DNA of 64,000 nucleotides from a virus (Duplodnaviria; Heunggongvirae; Uroviricota; Caudoviricetes): IMG/VR virus record IMGVR_UViG_3300044699_000054, positions 1 to 64,000 of that record; one strand, 5' to 3'. Shown piece by piece: positions 61,101 to 64,000 of this stretch (position 1 is its first letter; each line of letters starts with the position of its first letter). The notes under the pieces were generated by a model. It saw only the letters and a program-made list of their open reading frames with translations, ran no database searches and was not told where the DNA came from. The position numbers and the translations under genes were made by a program.

Positions 61101-63997
61101 AACTGGTGCGCGTGATCCCGGTCAGAGGCCATGTAGATGGCATCCGCATCATCAAACGCACGGCTAGGACGATGGCCGGTGTCTTCGTTCCATGCCTTTC
61201 CTGGATCGTCACGGTGCTGGCCCCAGAAGGACTTTGGCCGTCTCTTGGTTGGCAGCGGTTCAGCAAGCCGCTTGGTTTTCCCTTCTGCAGAAGGGACGGC
61301 TACGGGCAGCACTTCTTCACGCAGGCGCCGTTCTGCGTCGTAGTTATCCAGGATCTGCTGACGGATCGTGGTAGGGCTACGACGGTCCTTGAACCGTGGA
61401 GAAGCTACCAGTCCCCTGGCTAGCGCTCGCCAAGCTTCCTTGTCGTTGCCCAGCTCCAGATCGTCAAGGATCTGCTCCATTTCCTTGAGGCTGGAAGCAG
61501 ATTCCAGATCTGATCTGACTATGTCCGGGTCAGCGGATCTCTTTAATCTGACCGGGGTTGGCGCCGCACGTGGTACCTGGATCTTTCGTGCGGGAGCTGC
61601 CTTCTTTACCGTAACTGGAATCTCAGGACGCTCAGGAAGTGGTGCAAACGGCTTAATGTTTGGGCCTTCGCCACGCAGATGGCGCTCAACAGCTGGAGTC
61701 AGGTTCTCGTCGCTGAGCTTGTTCTGGATGGTCCAGTAGATGGCACTCGCGATACCTGCCCTCTTGGCCTTCTGAGGATCAGTGGCCTTGAGGTCTTGTG
61801 CCTGCTTCTCCAGCGTCTTGACTTCTGCCCGTAGCCGCTGCCGAACCTTCTCCGGGGTCAGCCTCCGCTCCTGTACTGCCTTAATGAGTTCCTTGCGGAG
61901 TGCGTCATGTTCGGCTGGCATCCGAGATTCGTACTGCTCCAGGCGATCGATGGTCGCCTGAGCCTTCGCCTGGTTCAGGGGCGTGTCTTCAATCAGCCGT
62001 GGCGCACGAGGAGCACGGGTGATCTTCGGCCGCTTGAGCACAGACAGATCACCGGCATCATGACGCGCCAGTGCTACCTCTAGCTCTTCCCGCTTCATCT
62101 GGCTGAAGCCGGGGATCTTTGCGGCTCTGGCCCTGTCCTGCAGGCTCTTCAGCGTGACCCGTGGCGCAGTTTCACCCGTACCACTGGTACCAGCTGGGGC
62201 ACGACGGACAGCCTTCTTAACCGGTGGTGCCTCTGGCACCGCCTTCTTGGCAACCTTCTTGACCGGTGGTGCTTCCGGTGCAGCCTTCTTTGCTTCCCGA
62301 GTGATGGTCGGCTTCTTAGCCACCGCCTTTTTTACCGGCGGTGCTTCCGGTACAGCCTTCTTAGCCGCACGCTTGCCGCCGCCAGCTTCCGGGATACGGT
62401 CAGCTAACGCTTCTAGGTAATCCGCTGTTTCCAGTGCATTGCGGCGAACCGCAGCTCTACCCTTCGGCGCATGCCGTAGCTCTCTATCATGGTAATCAAG
62501 GACAGACGGCTTAGGTCTTCCTTCAGCAACCCATCTGTCATACGCCCGATCATTGTGATCAAACATGCCGCCAGGGGCTGCATTTTTACGAAGTCGAGCC
62601 GCACTGTTCCTCAACTGTCTGCGTACGACTCCAGGTGCTGTTCCTGTGCTCAGGCTTTCAGCAACACCATCTCGCGCGTGCTTACGGTCATACTCTGTTG
62701 AAGATTCACTGATAAAGCTAAGTCCTCGCGGCGCTTTTATATCAGCTGTGGCTTCCAGGAACTGATCACGCCGTGATTCCCAGGTCACTCGATCTGGTGC
62801 CTTGATACCGCCCTCGGGCTCCAGCATGTGAGTTTGACTTGCACCACTGCGGATCGTGACTTCGTTTCCGTTGTCGTCACGGCCAACGATCTCGATACCA
62901 CTACGCCGTCCACGTCCTCCGGCAGTTCGCCGAACATCAGTGACAGTAAACGGTTCACTATTAGTCTTCCGATGGGCTGGGTACCACGTCTTCCCATCTA
63001 CCCCTCGCACGGCCAGTAGCCGTGTGCCAGGGCGTACTCGACTAGCCGTGATGCGACCAACTGCTGTTCCAGCAGCCTTTTCCGGCACTACTCGGCTTGG
63101 GGCTGGGACGGCCTTGACGCCGATAGCAGCACGACCGGCATCGGTGATCCGTGGAACACCATCCTTGTATTCCAGCCAGCCGTTGTCCTGTAGCCGCTTT
63201 CCGACGTCAGCACGTGCGAACTTGCGTTCACCACGGGCCAACGACTCCAGCACCTGACGCTGAGATGCTGTTGGCTTAGCCGCCGCTGGGGCTGCCCTCT
63301 TAATTACTGGCCTAGCGCCCTCCCTCCGAGCAGTCATCGGTTCGCCGATGTCAACGGCTGGGATGGCCTTCTTGGCTGCCCGCTTACGAACCGGTCGTGC
63401 AGGTAGTCCGTCTGCAAACCGGTCGAAGACGTCAGCTGCCTTGCGAAGCTTTGGAGCCTCGGAAACCATCTCCTGGCCCTGCTTATATTCAGGCGATCCC
63501 TTCTTGTTCGCCTTCATTCGGCGACGGCCTTCGGACTCGGTCAGGTCCGCTTGACGACGAAGCTCCTGCGACCGTAGCCGAACATCATCCGCATACTTGT
63601 TAGTGCTGTCGCCATAACGTCCTTGCTCCGCTTCACGTAGCGCCTTAGCAATAGGACTGCTGCCCATAACCCCGCCATCAGGGCGCAGGGCTTCAAAAAC
63701 CTGGCGATGGAGCGGGTCAGGGATGTCAGGAAGCCGCTTGCGTGATACTGGACCAGTTCTACGCGGGTCGATGATGTCAGCAATACGGTCGTAGTGATCA
63801 GCAATTGCATGGCTCCGGGCACGGTCATCCTGAACCGTGAGGATGTCTGGGTTAGCGCGATACCGGCTATCCGCACTCTCCCGTAGATGCTTGGCGTGGA
63901 GCCTGAGTGACTTGGCCTTGCTGTCCGCCCGTGGACCAGCCCGGTATGCACCGCCCTTGAATTCCTTGCGAATGTGGTCCTGGTCAACCTCTGGCAA
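55037..63997 (-). CDS. giant multidomain virion-associated protein (at least 2986 aa, 5' end beyond window): K/A/P-rich repeats, Rho-N-like domain, PI3/4K- or HipA-like kinase-like motif, C-terminal HExxH zinc metallopeptidase
   Basis: The frame is open to the window edge. Recurrent AKKAAP/PVKKA and KRPTITRAAKKAAP units. TLKSLQDRARAAKIPGFSQMKREELEVALARHD (Rho-N-like). LIAGNQDRNKGNLRIGEDGLWGIDHSSNF. HEVGHNVG...ENFAEAH near the C-terminus. Confidence 0.65.
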   Translation of the reverse strand: MPEVDQDHIRKEFKGGAYRAGPRADSKAKSLRLHAKHLRESADSRYRANPDILTVQDDRARSHAIADHYDRIADIIDPRRTGPVSRKRLPDIPDPLHRQVFEALRPDGGVMGSSPIAKALREAEQGRYGDSTNKYADDVRLRSQELRRQADLTESEGRRRMKANKKGSPEYKQGQEMVSEAPKLRKAADVFDRFADGLPARPVRKRAAKKAIPAVDIGEPMTARREGARPVIKRAAPAAAKPTASQRQVLESLARGERKFARADVGKRLQDNGWLEYKDGVPRITDAGRAAIGVKAVPAPSRVVPEKAAGTAVGRITASRVRPGTRLLAVRGVDGKTWYPAHRKTNSEPFTVTDVRRTAGGRGRRSGIEIVGRDDNGNEVTIRSGASQTHMLEPEGGIKAPDRVTWESRRDQFLEATADIKAPRGLSFISESSTEYDRKHARDGVAESLSTGTAPGVVRRQLRNSAARLRKNAAPGGMFDHNDRAYDRWVAEGRPKPSVLDYHDRELRHAPKGRAAVRRNALETADYLEALADRIPEAGGGKRAAKKAVPEAPPVKKAVAKKPTITREAKKAAPEAPPVKKVAKKAVPEAPPVKKAVRRAPAGTSGTGETAPRVTLKSLQDRARAAKIPGFSQMKREELEVALARHDAGDLSVLKRPKITRAPRAPRLIEDTPLNQAKAQATIDRLEQYESRMPAEHDALRKELIKAVQERRLTPEKVRQRLRAEVKTLEKQAQDLKATDPQKAKRAGIASAIYWTIQNKLSDENLTPAVERHLRGEGPNIKPFAPLPERPEIPVTVKKAAPARKIQVPRAAPTPVRLKRSADPDIVRSDLESASSLKEMEQILDDLELGNDKEAWRALARGLVASPRFKDRRSPTTIRQQILDNYDAERRLREEVLPVAVPSAEGKTKRLAEPLPTKRRPKSFWGQHRDDPGKAWNEDTGHRPSRAFDDADAIYMASDRDHAHQFIDEMDETRFKRLVTALDLGPEHADKDRNDLTEVLLKKIREPEPRTKSLRKSATELREERKQTYRDLLSRRNFDSSIRTTQARDVLTKAGVEYAATGDKNAAVEQLRTDADRIEALRAVTTVDGTLLSGPAQQRLAKAEAKRIREFADRMEAHGTLGDKLGVSPKRPPAGARPFYTPEEIAELKERPTITRARAGKRVSSAGGGIKTLPDASREKLVDRLRRADSPEAVQKILEDEQVNGSDLQEIMHDIGIGDQVTLRIPERRAAIARRLKGDIGEPIGRPRLRAAQQAEVDALDPAEQAAYFENKDRGLPHDRALAESLSQVQTPGRFKATKKAARPTVTRAAKKAAPQKLTPAQAERELHSADDWAQAARDGRVSRPAAARRIRQYAQGQADSGAYIGLGDPRESLSPDQRKRADKFTAEAARLRALADEIEATPAKKAAPGTGRQRLEMELAAERRTISRKLNSDQQAELRALTPAERKAYWEYRLSHRERDHDAAVYEVTKEAAPVKKAVAAPAKKAAPVKKAAALPRSRYDSPETKAIRESITDGVTDRKSLGGGKYSTTWEVEGAGGRRLIRKRPKRDKGPGYDYSPEDQVDAEVLSSSLARRMGAHVPAAYKADSKTVYTDMVSGRDGDKISAARRRAAVASEAGRRLYLFDLIAGNQDRNKGNLRIGEDGLWGIDHSSNFQGGPRVGQPSHVIEEDPLNNYYKGVRLDADGNPEWSDDLPFTVAELRAARRALVAAGPEFRAMDREQWHANALARVDEMIKRVTASRPRKTARPAVTRAAEKAAPAKKAAPTKRGYSRGVPGGGNLPGDVDAGAPDGGLGGPQAPSGEAGGAKAEKKAPAAKKTTAKKAAAPAEKEEKFLPPLANGTKRKSATNLRVGDVTTGPSGQWGAPHTITAIERTGKIRITRDDGRTETYMPNNAFWMVEGAPQPAPPTAKKTAPEKVAKPRITRAAEVKPPAAKPIERMTREELHAEIDRRRRAGEDLGATQYDFTRDELRRTLAGERVEVRGAQRRAAAKVRGIERAAAPRKTPVRESLTGRDAVNRMGAARTREDVEDIARLLRNRDSIGDALTRVGLSRGPHDESLAAKRKRLVDAMAPAERRPAKKAVAKATRPTIKRETPAEKPAAPTRKVAEAARETSPGIAELVPLISDPEGDNAIMHGNSGSMELAQEYARRGRNGTANKLMKLRYDISQTRRDRDNGDIDGPQKLLDELHSLRSMEADPEMQRRLDDAIREMDFPLGPEPDLPEGTPPAARQLLKNLERIPVARAPKGSHLHGMTTTEDSPVERLAQVFRDIHSSNGDISAGDVERRIERVLGTYHESIDGSYRMQSLWHRLDKDSSLSKELKDWIAQLRKREPLMGNKKLGPNTAPMLSERTDLTPGTPAIKKPKQLTPHEIGKLTDGQVVGAFEANKISRADAAAELRRRALDLDTAAGHLELREHHIGHPEAMEMRRVADKNRVRANDIETGVLLRTGEKTTAQVAAERRALRDANRIKAARIAKAQGSATYARDLEQILEATMSDGDDNRLRTLIRDRFGSKAPGQQREEAAGWNEVRGAIGEMLPGENREQFQARMREVLRQHGIEVDGHAGDWVDYSPDDHDLLAGDTKAGNAVQMLVPGVSYVDEDGRRIQLSKPLVRTKADALAAQIGEPMQARGALRGVEEGAAIWPVPYADHIIRRPDGTFTGQLNSAEGMAMLLPRDTGPQGVPIRSLTLHNGYRMPVATAWRHGGVTYVIQHRDNDVSRARAEKVKERLRTFHDALPTEAQRWQRSYAFALDPNPADPIFAQRFGDPNFASSASAGGGQLIIWDAGTHMHLEQGDTVFFDDLRHEVGHNVGRASGAVPSFDSPSRRVSELISSSDPRGRVGDFVPLPRASTRELYAAVKNWGKFKPPPGVKIMVPNGVTPYGRMSYGENFAEAHSLYLLGIVGYGKLGGSTRSEPIYFRDLFPEWAALFDEMYPDFARQQLKTIADERLPQRRPRVTRQAVRRIQASAVRGSHTPQYHQALPERS

Positions 63998-64000
63998 CCG

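Noticed and set aside
55300..63700. Numerous 60-200 aa ORFs on the + strand and in other frames inside the giant gene (for example 58359..58973, 57501..58046)
   Set aside because: Low-complexity A/R/S-rich translations typical of antisense of a GC-rich, repeat-containing gene. The single 9 kb minus-strand frame explains the region.
1..64000. Looked for CRISPR arrays, integrase/recombinase, transposase or IS termini
   Set aside because: No direct-repeat/spacer array and no recognisable tyrosine or serine recombinase or DDE motifs in any long ORF of the window.

Overview
This 64 kb window reads as a high-GC tailed phage (siphovirus-like, almost certainly infecting an Actinobacterium) or a prophage. 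The left ~27.4 kb is transcribed rightward and the right ~36.6 kb leftward, converging near 27.4-27.6 kb.

(1) 1-9930: about 20 small plus-strand genes. Nearly every one is preceded by the same module: a GGTAC-containing terminator-like hairpin, then a 9-bp CGACGGTCG palindrome with covarying arms, then a GGAAGGGAG-like RBS, then ATG. Three copies of a conserved promoter/operator element (GTATCATGATAC palindrome) and a ribbon-helix-helix (RHH) gene also lie here. Gene contents include a pentapeptide-periodic repeat protein and several Cys-rich small proteins.

(2) 9930-11930: low-GC non-coding switch region with terminator, GTTCCTG iterons, CTGGTACCAG palindromes and a ~30% GC core (ori-like).

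(3) 11930-27390: plus-strand early/middle genes. These include a Holliday-junction resolvase-like nuclease, a WhiB-HTH fusion, a DEDDh exonuclease, a SLOG/DUF2493-like protein, lipoproteins and membrane proteins, a frameshifted secreted beta-helix protein, and three paralogs of one small protein family. A striking 1.35 kb strand-asymmetric C-rich, G-poor tract packed with CCGAC motifs lies upstream of a 239-aa gene.

(4) 27390-64000, minus strand. Reading from the window edge inward: a truncated giant multidomain protein of at least 2986 aa (K/A/P repeats, Rho-N, kinase-like, HExxH metallopeptidase), a capsid/scaffold fusion, head-tail genes, tail-assembly chaperones with frameshift, the tape measure, about 8 minor tail proteins, and then a 9 kb deoxysugar-tailoring/glycosylation cluster. 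That cluster holds a TylCIII-like C-methyltransferase, an RmlD-like reductase, a TylF-like O-methyltransferase, an FAD oxidoreductase, four GT2/GT-A genes and one GT4 gene, with an amidase carrying collagen-like repeats inside it. Holin-like and small genes follow.

Several genes show apparent frameshifts, and two of them sit at C-homopolymers, so sequencing error is plausible. No tRNA, rRNA, CRISPR array, integrase or transposase was recognised by eye.
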